From positions 64,001 through 128,000 of the forward strand of contig CAWBHS010000039.1 in the NCBI GenBank assembly GCA_963788655.1: a DNA stretch of 64,000 bases, given 5' to 3'. Each line of letters opens with the position of its first letter. Within the stretch, counting starts at the first letter, position 1. Of the stretch, positions 9,188-20,198 are shown one piece after another. A program made the translations under genes and the position numbers. Below the pieces are notes generated by a model that had not been told where the DNA came from, made no database searches, and saw only the letters and a list, made by a program, of their open reading frames with translations. The stretch is from an uncultured Verrucomicrobiae bacterium. GTDB taxonomy: Bacteria > Verrucomicrobiota > Verrucomicrobiia > Limisphaerales > JAFGQR01.

Positions 9188-9887
9188 ATGGAACGTCTGT
9201 TCACCGGACTAACTCACGCAGTCGAAGGCACCCCGGCCATCGCGCTGGGCGCGGCGTTGGTGTGGGGTGTCCTGAGCATTGTGTTGAGTCCATGCCATCT
9301 CTCCAGCATTCCCCTCATTGTTGGTTTCATCAGCGGACAAGGCCGCACGACGACGCGCCGGGCGTTTACCGTAGCCACGCTGTTTGCAATTGGCATCCTG
9401 GTTACCATTGCGGCAGTCGGGGCCATTACGGCTGCCGCCGGCCGCATGATGGGTGACGTGGGCCAGTGGGGGAATTACCTCGTGGCAGGCATCTTTTTCG
9501 TCGTCGGCCTTTATCTGCTCGACGTGGTTCCGTTGCCCTGGTCGGGACCGGGTCAGGTGAACATGAAGGGGCGAGGAATGCTCGCGGCGTTCCTGCTGGG
9601 GCTCCTATTCGGCATCGCGGTGGGTCCCTGCACGTTTGTGTACATGGCGCCGATGCTGGGGGTGACTTTCAAACTGGCTGGCACCCAGGCGCTTTACAGC
9701 GCGTTACTGCTGCTGGCTTATGGCGTGGGCCATTGCGCCGTGATTGTCATGGCGGGGACATTCACCGAGATGGTGCAGCGTTACCTCGATTGGAACGAGC
9801 AATCCCGAGGCATCAAAATTCTGAAAGGCCGTATGTGGCGTGCTGGTGCTGGCCGGCGGGGTTTACCTGATTTACACGGCGCCGTGA
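9188..9887 (+). CDS. CcdA/DsbD-family membrane protein (frameshift near 9828)
   Basis: LSPCHLSSIP and GPCT conserved Cys pair; last TM helix AVCGVLVLAGGVYLIYTAP* lies in a shifted frame ending 9887. Confidence 0.8.
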
Positions 9888-9923
9888 CGCACGACCGTGT
9901 CATGGCTTGCCCTTGTTCGCGCC

Positions 9924-10059
9924 AGCGTTTGGAGTGCGTCCGGCTTGCGGGCGCTTTCGTGTGGAGACGAGCACGCAAAGGCGTGTTTGCCTTGCATTTG
10001 ACTTTGCGCGTCCTCCCGCAATACGAAAGCGGGAGCAAGCTCCACGCACTCCAAACGCT
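9924..10059. repeat. REP-like palindrome, TTGGAGTGCG family
   Basis: AGCGTTTGGAGTGCGT...ACGCACTCCAAACGCT. Confidence 0.8.
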
Positions 10060-10259
10060 TCGCGAGTTTCAACGCCCCCGCCCATGACACAGGTGAACAC
10101 CTTCGAAGGAACCTTGTGCATCCTACGCGCGCCGAGCACCGGTAGGACAGGGCGTCCCGCCTGTCCCGCGTTTCCGGAGAACGTTCACTTTCTCAGAGAA
10201 CGAACACTCGTTGATCCATGATCACCTCTTGGCCATTCGGGACAGCCGGGACGGCTGTC

Positions 10260-11276
10260 CTACGTTGGCTGATGGTTGTAAGCATAATCCTTGAGCGCGG
10301 TAACGTTGTCGGGCGGAGTGCCGCGCGGGATTTCGCAGCCAGCACCGACAATGTACCGCGGCCCCGCCTGGCGATGGCATTCGGCAATCGCTTGGCTGAC
10401 GGTTTCCGGAGTGCCGTCGCGTATGATGGTGACGGGATTAATGTTGCCCAGGATGATTTGATCCGAGCCCATTTTGGCGCGGCCTTCGTGGACTGGCGCC
10501 AAATAGTCCAAGTCCACAATCTCGCAATTCAGCTTGCCCATGCCTTCAAGGATCTTGCGGGTGTTGCCGCAGATGTGCAGCCGCACGCGCGTGCCCATCG
10601 CGTGCAGGCCATCGACCAGCTTCTTTTCGTAAGGCCACACGAATTCCTCGTAGAGTTGCGGGCCGATCAGTGAGGCGGCGGCGTCGCCCACGCCCATAAC
10701 GTCGATGCCCGCTTCGACTTGGGCGCGTGCGAAACGCAATTCCATTTCGACGGCGAACTCGAACAGGTCCCGCACAAAGGCCGGATCATCGAAAAAATCC
10801 AGCATCACCGTGTTGATGCCGCGCAGATCGGCGGCTTCGGCAATGGGCCCTTCAATCCAGCCTTCCACGATTTTCTCCTGTCCAACCTTCTCGCGCAGCA
10901 GCGCAATGGCCTTGACGCCGTTGTGCATGCGTCCACCGCCAAGCGGATCAGGGATTTTGAGGTGGGCCAATTTCGTTTTGTCCGCCAACAGGGCCTGGTC
11001 TTCGAGCAGCGCCGCCGGTTGGTTGTCGAAGAATTGAACCTTGGCGCCGCAGTCAGCCGCTTCCCGCGCCGGATCGGACATGGTGTTGACGTAATCGAAT
11101 CCGAAGTCTTCGGCGACGCGTAATTGACCGTTGGCCAACACGCGATAATTGGTGCAATAATCCCGGTAACGGGCGCCGATCCGGTCGGCGGCAAACATCA
11201 TCGTGATCGGCATCAACGGCAGGTGGTCCACCGCCTGGGCTGACAGGTGGGCCAGCACCCGCTCGCGACTGGTCAC
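10260..11276 (-). CDS. Uroporphyrinogen decarboxylase family protein (MtaA/CmuA-like corrinoid methyltransferase)
   Basis: TSRERV start after GGAGGAGG, EGP, LHICG and GAGCEIP Zn ligands, GNINP. Confidence 0.85.
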   Translation of the reverse strand: MTSRERVLAHLSAQAVDHLPLMPITMMFAADRIGARYRDYCTNYRVLANGQLRVAEDFGFDYVNTMSDPAREAADCGAKVQFFDNQPAALLEDQALLADKTKLAHLKIPDPLGGGRMHNGVKAIALLREKVGQEKIVEGWIEGPIAEAADLRGINTVMLDFFDDPAFVRDLFEFAVEMELRFARAQVEAGIDVMGVGDAAASLIGPQLYEEFVWPYEKKLVDGLHAMGTRVRLHICGNTRKILEGMGKLNCEIVDLDYLAPVHEGRAKMGSDQIILGNINPVTIIRDGTPETVSQAIAECHRQAGPRYIVGAGCEIPRGTPPDNVTALKDYAYNHQPT

Positions 11277-12025
11277 GGTTTGACCTCCTCCACGGTCAAT
11301 CGGCTTTCGCCGCGCTGGGACGTGATCGTGAAGCCCGGCGGCACCACCAGGAACTCGTCGTGGCTCCAGTAGCCGTCCAGCAGCCGCTGGATTAAACCCA
11401 GGTTGCAGTTGGCCTTTTCGAAGTCCCATCCAAACCACCCGGCTTCCTGCTCCGCTTGCGCGACCAATACTTCCGGATTGTCCAAGGGCGAATCACCCAG
11501 GCCGGTCGAGGAATTCGATGCCACACCGCTGGAAAGCATGGCCGGGAGTTCGAGTCCGGCCAAAGTTCGCCGGCGTCGTTGCTTGTGAGACGATCTTCCA
11601 GGTTGAGAGTGGGACGAGTGGTGGCCACGGCAGCCAGGGCGAAACCGCACACGATGTGCGTCCGCCGAGGCAGCTTTGAGAGCCCAAGCAGTTGGAGAAT
11701 GATGGATGGGAGAGGGGAAGTAAGGTTGGTCGAGTTCCGACAGTAATTTGGCCCAGTGATCGATTCGCGGCAACACCAGCGGGATGGTTTCCGCGCGCAG
11801 GCCAATCACACTATTTCGCGAGTGGGCGCAGGCGAAGACCACCGCCTGGTAATCTGATTCATCCACCAGGTCGAGCGCGGTCTGGAGGGCTTGGTGGGCA
11901 CGCTGGCATCCTTTTCGGTGGAGCGACGCCGGGAGAAACTCGGCGTCCACTTCGTTGATCGACCGCGTAATGGCCGCGGCCATTACGCGGAACAACACTT
12001 CGCAACTGATCAGCTTTAAACGCAT
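11273..12025 (-). CDS. DUF1638-like protein, divergent
   Basis: LKLISCEV, FLPASLH, PLVLPR, LIQRLLDGYW...EFLVVPPG; GTGA coupling to downstream gene. Confidence 0.65.
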   Translation of the reverse strand: MRLKLISCEVLFRVMAAAITRSINEVDAEFLPASLHRKGCQRAHQALQTALDLVDESDYQAVVFACAHSRNSVIGLRAETIPLVLPRIDHWAKLLSELDQPYFPSPIHHSPTAWALKAASADAHRVRFRPGCRGHHSSHSQPGRSSHKQRRRRTLAGLELPAMLSSGVASNSSTGLGDSPLDNPEVLVAQAEQEAGWFGWDFEKANCNLGLIQRLLDGYWSHDEFLVVPPGFTITSQRGESRLTVEEVKP

Positions 12026-12129
12026 AGATGCCTGGTTGCTGTAGCGGCAGTGCGTGTAATTATGCCTTTTTCAAAAGCCAAGACCAGATTTTTTTTAGCA
12101 ACGCTGTTGGACCGACAGGCCCAGGCAAA

Positions 12130-12232
12130 TCCGAAGACCGAAGGCCGAAATCCGAAAGAAAACCGAAAACCGAGGACCGATTGCGGAAAGGTGCTTCCGT
12201 TTCGGTTCGAAATTCTTCGGATTTCGGATTTC
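12130..12232. repeat. Degenerate ~7-nt CCGAA/TTCGG repeat arrays in inverted orientation
   Basis: CCGAAGA CCGAAGG CCGAAAT CCGAAAG ... TTCGGAT TTCGGAT. Confidence 0.7.
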
Positions 12233-12282
12233 AGGTTGGGGGGCCGGTTGACGAAATGCCGTGCATGATTTTCAATCTTCGC

Positions 12283-13017
12283 ATGGATACAGCCCTGCCA
12301 GCGGCGAACCAGTTTGTGCCCACGCGCTGGAGCGTGGTGTTGACCGCCGGGCACAGCGACACCCCGCGCGCCCAAGCGGCGTTGGCGACGCTGTGCCAGA
12401 CTTACTGGTATCCGCTTTATGCGTTCGTTCGCCGACAGGGACACAATCCCCACGATGCGCAAGACCTGACCCAGGAATTCTTCGCGCGGTTGTTGGAGAA
12501 ACAGTATCTCGCGCACATCAAACGCGAAGGCGGACGTTTCCGGTCGTTCCTGCTCACGGCGCTGATACGTTTCCTCGCCAATGAATGGGACCGCCACCAG
12601 GCGCAAAAACGCGGTGGCCAGCAAACGGTCATCTCGATCGATCAGGAAGACGCGGAGTCGCGCTATCGCCTCGAGCCAGCGCACGAATTGACGGCCGAGA
12701 AAATCTATGAGCAACGATGGGCGCAAGCGTTGTTGGATCAAGTGATGACGTGCCTGCGCGATGAATACGTCGCGGCGGGCAAACAGGCGTTGTTCGAGCA
12801 AATCAGCAACAGTTTAAGTCAAGCGCGCGGCGCGGTGCGTTACGTGGACATTGCCGCTCGATTGCACACCAGTGAAGCCGCCGTGAAGATGGCGGTGCAA
12901 CGTTTGCGCGGGCGTTATCGCGAACTGTTGCGCGCCGAAATTGCCCAAACGGTGGCCAGTCCACAGGAAGTCGAAGAAGAACTTCGGTATCTCTTCGCCA
13001 CGTTCGCCGCTTCTTAG
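12283..13017 (+). CDS. ECF-type sigma-70 factor of the kinase-associated type
   Basis: TRWSVV, YWYPLYAFVRR, DAQDLTQEFF, GRFRSFLL, region 4 VKMAVQRLR. Confidence 0.9.
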   Translation: MDTALPAANQFVPTRWSVVLTAGHSDTPRAQAALATLCQTYWYPLYAFVRRQGHNPHDAQDLTQEFFARLLEKQYLAHIKREGGRFRSFLLTALIRFLANEWDRHQAQKRGGQQTVISIDQEDAESRYRLEPAHELTAEKIYEQRWAQALLDQVMTCLRDEYVAAGKQALFEQISNSLSQARGAVRYVDIAARLHTSEAAVKMAVQRLRGRYRELLRAEIAQTVASPQEVEEELRYLFATFAAS

Positions 13018-13324
13018 CACCGCTGTTGCGGCTCTTCTGAATGACCTGGCGCCACTCCGCCGTATCCATGCAATTGATTGCGGGAAGCGCGCCCGCCTCG
13101 GGCGCCGTGGTTGGCGCCTCGCCAACCACTTTCGAGCATCCCAAGTGGCTCACTATTCAGGCACTGCTCAGTCGCGGGGCCAACCGGCGAGGGCACCGGT
13201 TGGTGGCGCTGGGTGGTGGCGCTGGGTGGCGAGGCGAACAACAAATGTCTGCGAATTTCTTTGCTGCGTATTTGATTAATTGCCTTTGAAGCGTGGGCAA
13301 AGGATCGAGTGCTCTTTTCCAACC

Positions 13325-13431
13325 GAAAGCGCCGGCAAGCCGGACGCACTCCAAACGCGGGCGCGACTTTGCGGCTGGCCTTCCCAAGTTTCGCGCCCGC
13401 GTTTGGAGTGCGTGGAGCTTGCTCCCGCTTT
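13325..13431. repeat. REP-like palindrome, TTGGAGTGCG family
   Basis: GCACTCCAAACGCGGGCGCG...CGCGCCCGCGTTTGGAGTGC. Confidence 0.8.
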
Positions 13432-13569
13432 CGGTGAGCGGCAAGCCGTTTGACTGACCGTAAGAGCCGGTTCGCCATTTCTTCTGACTTCCAGAAGTCT
13501 TTTCGTTACCTTGGTCCGGTTTTGCTTAGGGAAGCAGTGGACGCAGACAATCTGCGAGCCTGAAAAACT

Positions 13570-15614
13570 ATGAGCACAACGCGCAAATGTCCCAAGTGCG
13601 GCACGGAGCTGCCTCCCAATGTGCCGCCCGAACAGTGCCCAAAATGCCTGTTGCAGGTTGGCCTCGGCAGCCAACCCGGCGGCTCCGGTGGCACGGCGCC
13701 TGCAACGCCGCCCAATCCTCCTCCGTCGCCGGAAGAATTGGCGAAGCATTTCCCGCAATTGGAAATTTTGGAACTGCTGGGCCAGGGCGGCATGGGCGTG
13801 GTTTATAAGGCTCGTCAGCCGCGGCTGGATCGCTTGGTGGCCTTGAAAATCCTGCCCGCCGATCCGGCGCGCGATCCGTCGTTTGCCGAACGGTTCACGC
13901 GCGAAGCCCGCGCGTTGGCGCGTTTGAGCCATCCGAACATTGTGGCGGTGTTCGACTTTGGGGAAACCAACGGAATTTATTATTTCGTGATGGAGTATGT
14001 GGACGGTTTGAACCTGCGCCAACTCGAGGCCAGTGGCGGGCTCAAACCGAACGAAGCGTTAAAGATCGTTCCCGAGGTCTGCGCGGCACTCCAGTACGCC
14101 CACGACATGGGGATCGTCCATCGCGACATCAAGCCGGAAAACATCCTGCTCGACCAGCAGGGCCGCGTGAAGATCGCCGACTTCGGCCTGGCCAAACTGC
14201 TGGGCCGGCCGGCGCCGGAGGCGAGTCTCACCCAGGCGCAGCAAATCATGGGCACGCCCAATTACATGGCACCGGAACAGATGGAGCATCCGCTGGAGGT
14301 GGACCATCGGGCGGACATTTATTCGCTGGGGGTGGTCTTTTACGAAATGCTCACCGGCGAGTTGCCGTTGGGACGGTTTGCGCCGCCTTCGCAGAAAGTG
14401 CAGGTGGATGTGCGCCTCGACCAGGTGGTGTTGCGCGCGTTGGAAAAGGAACGCGAACGCCGCTATCAGCAGGCCAGCGATGTGCGGACCGACGTGGAAA
14501 CCATCGTGGCCAGTCCGAAGGCATTCCCGCCGCGCGTCGCGGTCCCCACGGCGGCTTCGGCGTGGGAAACAGCCCGTCGGGCGGTGAGGGGACCCGCCAT
14601 CGGAATTTTGGTCACCGGCATTTTGAATTGGGCGTTCATTCCCGTTTACCTTTTGGTTGGCTATTGGATATTGGCCCGGGAGAATTCTGCGCTAGGTCCC
14701 GGGCTGTTCGCCGGTGTCCTGCTGGCGGTCATGGTGTTCAGCAGTCTCATGATTGTCGCCGCGCTTAAAATGAAAGCGCTCGAGGCCTACGGCCTGGCGA
14801 TTGCCGGCAGTATTCTGGCGATGATTGTTTCCCCCGGCAATCTTGTAGGATTGCCCATGGGTATATGGGCGCTGGTTACGCTTTGCCAACGGCCGGTCCG
14901 GGAAGCGTTCAAGCAGAAACTCGCCGTCCATGCACGATTTTCTCGTCGCTCCGCCACCCAACCCGGCAGCAGGAGACGGTCGTCGGCGATGGTTCTTCAC
15001 GACGGCCACGGTTATCCTGATCGGTTTTGGGCTGATCGTGCTGTTGGTGATTGGGGGCTTCGTTGTTGCGATCGCGTTGACGGGGCTGCAGCAGGCGAAA
15101 CAACGCACCCGCGTGGCCACCCAGATGGCCGCGACCGAGGGCGCCCGACAAGTCGCCCAGTCGAACGCTGTCTGGATCGCACACCGTCAAACCTCGCTCA
15201 CCACCATCGCGTCCTTCGACCCGACCAATGCCACCGTCCCGCGGAATTTGACGGTGACGAATGGGAACTGGGTCCTGGACTGCACCAATGCGCAGACTTT
15301 TAAGCTGTTTGAGGTGCCCAATCCCGGTGTCGAGCAATGCACGTTGATCTACCAGGCCCAGCTCAAAACCGAAGGGCTCCAAGGCCGCGCTTATCTGGAA
15401 ATGTTGTGCCAGTTCTCAGGGAAAGGGGGAGTTCTTTTCGCGCGGATTGACCAAGACGGTTACCGGCACGGCGGACTGGCAGACTTATCAGACGCCATTC
15501 GTCCTGAAACAGGGGCAACAACCGGATTCGGTGAAGCTCAATCTCGTCGTCGAAGGCACAGGACGGATTTGGCTGCGCGATGTGCGGTTGCTCAAGGGAC
15601 CGCTTGAGTGGTAG
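13570..15614 (+). CDS. Membrane Ser/Thr protein kinase with zinc-ribbon N-terminus, TM helices and likely extracellular beta-sandwich (frameshifts near 14925 and 15428)
   Basis: CPKC...CPKC, GQGGMG, HRDIKPEN, DFG, APE; shifted frames continue with a TM helix and ...EFFSRG...LNLVVEGTGRIWLRDVRL*; 14930 could instead start a separate gene. Confidence 0.8.
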
Positions 15615-15624
15615 CATCCTGTTG

Positions 15625-17220
15625 GTGACGAAAAGCAAGAAATGGTGGTTGCTGGCTGTCTGTTTCTTCGGGGCAGTGGTGTTCGGAGTAGCCGGGTGGC
15701 GGCTGGTACGCTGGCGGTGGCAGGCCAGCTATGCCGGGAAGCCGGTCAGTTATTGGTTCGCGGAATATTACCAAAAGAGCGAGGCTGACCCACGAAGGCG
15801 TCAGCGCATGGCAGTGGCTTTGTATGTCTTGGAGAAACTGGGGACCAATGCGGTGCCGTATTTGGTAAAGGAGGCGTTAAGCCCCCGCGAGGACTCATCC
15901 ATGCGGAAAGGGTATTACGATTTTCTGACAGTCTTCCCCGACTCCTGGCACGTGCCGCAATTTGTGTCGCGATCAGCAATTCGCAGTCGGGCGGCCATGG
16001 TGATCGACTCCATCCATCCTCCGGCAGACATCCTGTTGCCCCGTCTCCTCGAACCGTTGAGCCGGACGAATACGGTGGACCGCCAAAGGGCTATTTCCAT
16101 TTTGAGTTCCGTGCGTGAAGGCCGGGAAACACTCGTGCCGTATTTTGTGAATGCTTTGCACGATCCGGATCCACACACGCAGATCGAAGCGGTTGAGTTC
16201 CTCGACAAACTCGGATCCCAGGCCTCGGTCGCAGTTCCGGACCTGATGGCGGTGGTCAAGAACACGAATCCCACCAACATCCTTTGTCTGGAAGCAGCAT
16301 ACGTGCTGGGCAACATTGGCAGCAACAGTGTCCCAGCGATTCCGTTGTTGAATACGGTGTATGAGCAACAGACCGATTGGTTAGTGCGCTGTTCGTTGGC
16401 GGCTGTCCTGTGTCGAATCGATCTGCAGCAAACGAATGCGCTACGTTTCCTGATTGATAACCTCGATGAACCACAATCGCCTGGCAAAGTCAGGTGGGTG
16501 GTGAGGCAGTTGCAGTGGATTGGACCGAACGCAACGCCAGCGATCCCTGCCGTACTCAAAATTGCAAAAACCGTTGACTGGGAGGCTTGGACAACTGCGG
16601 TGGATGCGTTGAAAGAGATCGGCGCCTCCGCCGAACTCTATTTGCCAGTGCTGCACGAGAAGTTGGCATCGGACAACGAGAAGTCGCGATACATTGCCGC
16701 CGCGCGAATCCTGGATCTTACCCCATCCGACACGAACGCCCGAGCAGTCATGATTGATCTAATCAAGAGGCGCTCTGAATATGAATCGTGGGCGATCAGC
16801 GATCTGGGTGACACGGGCACGAATGCCCGGGTTGCCGTCGCGATTATTATGGACACCTTAAACGGCACCAATGTCGCCTGCTGGACTGCCGTTCCCAAGG
16901 CGTTGAAAAAGATCGGCGTTTCTCCAGGATCGTATTTGCCCAAGGTGAAGGAAAAGTTGAAATCCAGCAGCGATTGGGCGCGATTAAGGATGGCCGAAGA
17001 AATCCTCGCGATTCAACCGACGGATCGTGAAGCGTTGATGACGTTGATCGCCCTCCTGAAAAGCAACTCGAAGTACGAGTTGCTCGCATTGAAGGCTCTG
17101 GCCGAGAACGGACCGGCCGCCCAAGTGGCCATTCCCGCCATCCGGGAATTGTTGAAAAGTGACGACTTGATTAGTCGCGACATGGCAAGCGACGCCCTGA
17201 AGAAGATCAGTCAAAGGTGA
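15625..17220 (+). CDS. HEAT-repeat membrane-anchored protein
   Basis: N-terminal TM, Y.GKP.S.W motif, repeated LG.IG..A..A.P.L. Confidence 0.8.
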   Translation: MTKSKKWWLLAVCFFGAVVFGVAGWRLVRWRWQASYAGKPVSYWFAEYYQKSEADPRRRQRMAVALYVLEKLGTNAVPYLVKEALSPREDSSMRKGYYDFLTVFPDSWHVPQFVSRSAIRSRAAMVIDSIHPPADILLPRLLEPLSRTNTVDRQRAISILSSVREGRETLVPYFVNALHDPDPHTQIEAVEFLDKLGSQASVAVPDLMAVVKNTNPTNILCLEAAYVLGNIGSNSVPAIPLLNTVYEQQTDWLVRCSLAAVLCRIDLQQTNALRFLIDNLDEPQSPGKVRWVVRQLQWIGPNATPAIPAVLKIAKTVDWEAWTTAVDALKEIGASAELYLPVLHEKLASDNEKSRYIAAARILDLTPSDTNARAVMIDLIKRRSEYESWAISDLGDTGTNARVAVAIIMDTLNGTNVACWTAVPKALKKIGVSPGSYLPKVKEKLKSSSDWARLRMAEEILAIQPTDREALMTLIALLKSNSKYELLALKALAENGPAAQVAIPAIRELLKSDDLISRDMASDALKKISQR

Positions 17221-17304
17221 ATGGGACAATTTTACTGGTTTTATCAGAACTGTAACTCTTCCTCGCCCGGATTTTTCACACCGAGCTTAAAACGCCAACG
17301 GCTT

Positions 17305-17379
17305 GTAACCGCCGACGTGAGGAGGCAGACCTTGTGGCCACAGGCGCTGGCAAATCCGCCTCCTCACGTCGGCGGCTAC
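17305..17379. repeat. REP-like palindrome (GTAACCGCCGACGTGAGGAGG family)
   Basis: ~25-bp inverted arms; close copy inside uvrA. Confidence 0.85.
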
Positions 17380-17544
17380 TCTTTCCCAATCCGTGGTTGT
17401 CCGCGCTGGTTGTCCGGCCAGCCGACCAGCCGAATGGCCTCAACCTTTCGAGTTGCGCGAAGGGCCCGAAACGGCTAACCTTCCGCATTAGAAATCGAAT
17501 CTGAACCGTTAAGTGTTTAAAATCCAAATCTCGGGAGCAATATT

Positions 17545-18462
17545 ATGATGCACAAACATAGTCGTCGTGAATTTCTGCTGCGGACTTCTTTGGCCGGTGC
17601 CGGTCTCATGACCGCCGCGCCGGCCCTGCTGCGGGGTGCCGAAACCGCCACCACCGGATCCTTCAAAGGCAGTGACATGGTGCCGCTGGGCAAGACCGGG
17701 ATCAAAGTGTCGCGGTTGGCCCAGGGTACCGGTTACAACGGATACAACCATTCCTCGGCCCAGACCCGCCAGGGCACGGAAGCCTTTGACCGATTGTTGC
17801 GGCACAGCTTCGATGGCGGCGTCAATTTCATCGACATGGCCGACCTCTATGGCTCACTTCCTTTGGTGGGCGATCTGCTCCAGGACCGGGACCGCGACAA
17901 GTTTGTGTTGCTAAGCAAAATCTGGCCGCGCAAAGCGAATTGGGTTAATCCGTCCGGCGGTGCCAAGGAAGAGATGGACCGGTTCCGGAAAGAACTGAAG
18001 ACGGACTGGCTGGATATTTGTTTGATCCACTGCATGACCAATGACCAGTGGACGGACGAATACAAGCGCATCCGCGACGAGCTTTCCGAACTCAAACAAA
18101 AGAAAACCGTTCGTGCCGTCGGCGTTTCCTGCCACGACTTCGGGGCGCTGAAAGTCGCTGCCGAACATCCGTGGGTGGACGTCATCTTCGCCCGGATCAA
18201 TTACAAGGGCGGCAAGGACTATTCCTGCGATGCCCCGGTGGAGGAGTTGGCCGCCGTGCTCAAGACCGCCCGCCGGAATGGCAAGGCCGTGGTGGGCATG
18301 AAGATCTTCGGCGCCGGCAAGCTTACCCAACCGGAACAGAAAGACACGTCGCTCAACTACGTCTTCAAGAACGACCTGGTGGACGCCATCACGGTGGGCA
18401 TGATGAATATCGGGGAGGTGGACGATACCCTCAAGCGCATGAGCCAGGTGGGCAAAGGCTGA
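17545..18462 (+). CDS. Aldo/keto reductase with Tat signal
   Basis: SRREFL, LGKTGIKVSRL, IDMADLYG, SK, GVSCH, GMK. Confidence 0.88.
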   Translation: MMHKHSRREFLLRTSLAGAGLMTAAPALLRGAETATTGSFKGSDMVPLGKTGIKVSRLAQGTGYNGYNHSSAQTRQGTEAFDRLLRHSFDGGVNFIDMADLYGSLPLVGDLLQDRDRDKFVLLSKIWPRKANWVNPSGGAKEEMDRFRKELKTDWLDICLIHCMTNDQWTDEYKRIRDELSELKQKKTVRAVGVSCHDFGALKVAAEHPWVDVIFARINYKGGKDYSCDAPVEELAAVLKTARRNGKAVVGMKIFGAGKLTQPEQKDTSLNYVFKNDLVDAITVGMMNIGEVDDTLKRMSQVGKG

Positions 18463-18488
18463 GCGTACCAACCGGGTTTGCAATAACT

Positions 18489-18629
18489 GTAGCTGCGTTC
18501 GTGAGAACGTGGCTGATTTTGAAGGGAAATACCGCGCCAACGTCAGGGCCCCGCGCTTCGCCGCAAATTGACCAGTTGCTTCGGCTTAAAGCGGACGCCA
18601 GTCAGCCGCGTTCTCACGAACGCAGCTAC
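18489..18629. repeat. GTAG-type REP-like palindrome between convergent genes
   Basis: GTAGCTGCGTTCGTGAGAACG...CGTTCTCACGAACGCAGCTAC. Confidence 0.85.
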
Positions 18630-18656
18630 TTCGACTAAATCGTTGCGGCTAATCCG

Positions 18657-19959
18657 CTATTTCGGCAAGGCGTTGGTAATCGTTTGGAGGCTTACGCCGA
18701 GGGTGGCTTCGGCGATGGCGTTCAGCTTCTCCTCGGGCCCGGTTAAATGGATCGTGCGATGGGTGTGTTCGATGGATTTGCCGGGCTCAAGCGCGGCGGC
18801 GCGGCGAAGACGTTTCCATTTCAAAAAACGGTCCCAGCGGTTTGGCACCCGGCGCCGGCGGTCCGTCATTGTAACTGTTGACCACGTCACCACCGTACGG
18901 ATTCTTCTGGAGTTCCCACATTGAATTGACGTAATCGGTCGTGCCTTTGGGCGGCGTGTATTGGACCAGGGTGAGCACTTTGTGCTCCGCGTCGTAGCTG
19001 CCCAGGATCGGCTTGGCGCGCTTGGGATTGATGCCGATCTTGCTGCGGTATTTGCCGTCCCCACTGAAGAACACGACGCTATCCTTCACCACGAGCCGGT
19101 TTGGCGGCACGGCGCCGAAGTAATCCGCGTTGACCGGCTTGCCGAGTTCGGAATCCGGACCTGGCTTGATGGGGATCACGATGGTCGTGGCCGGCGACGG
19201 ATTGAACATGCCGAGAATCCAGATCGAGAGCAGTCCGGTTTCTTTGGTCCAAGGATCCTGGCCTTTATTGAGAATGTGGTTGTCGCTTTGAAAGGCCACC
19301 AGTTCCACCCCGGAAACTGCGGGAACGTTCAGCAGTTTCCACGTCTGCGTGGGCGTGAGCAATTTGATGTCGCGGTCGGCTTGCACGTGAAACACGGTGC
19401 CCGAGTAGTTGGTCAAGGCAAACGAGCTGCGGAAGCTGGCCCGCGTGTCACCGCGGCTGGCGACGGTGAAGGGCTCGGTGTCGATTGGCGCCGGCGTGAA
19501 CCAGTGTTCGAGATCGAAGGGCACTCCCTTGGCAAAGAAGATCGCGAATTGGCCGCCTTCCGGCCCCAGCCAAAAGCGGTCCTCGCCACCAAACACGTTG
19601 ATGTGTTGCTGGAATTTGCGGGAGGCAATCAGCTCGCGATTGAGCCACCCGTAGCTCAATCCCTCGTTGCCGGTGGCCGTGCTGGTCATCACCCGGCCTT
19701 GCCATGCGGGCACCAGGATCACCTGCGAACTGCCGGATTGATTCGAGAGCACGATCACGTCCACGTATTTCTTCAGGAATTCGAGATCGTCGTTGAAGGT
19801 GGCGGCCGGGAGATGCGGCGCGGCCAGAACCCCGCCCACCACGGCCAAGGCGGCCATGCTGGACTGGCTGAATTTTAAAGCTTGCTTCAGACGGCCCGAA
19901 CTCGCCGGGTGGGAAGTTTTCTTTGGGGGACGATTGGAGGAATTGGCTCGTGATTTCAT
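18657..19959 (-). CDS. Conserved secreted protein, DUF6786-like (frameshift near 18805)
   Basis: WQGRVMTST, GGEDRFWLGPEGGQF, NSYNDG, EMETSSP continuing AAALEPG...HTHRTIH in a shifted frame. Confidence 0.7.
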
Positions 19960-20198
19960 AAAAGGACAATTTCAGTTCATTGATTCAGCTCTGCGCGATC
20001 GTGTCCGACAAGTGGCGCCCAAGCTCAAGGCGGCCCTGCGGAAACGTGACCGGAGCTTGCCCGCGTGCGCGCCGGCTGGCAATGCAAAAGCTTGAGCAAG
20101 ACTCGAGGCCTCAGGGTTGCCGAGTTCGGTGGAACATGGGGGTAAGCCGGTTGGGATTCCCCCTCACCCGCCCAAGAGCATGATTGCTGATCCAGTTT

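Noticed and set aside
9888..10087. C-terminal extension of the CcdA-like ORF
   Set aside because: Caused by a frameshift near 9828 that reads into a REP; the natural end is at 9887
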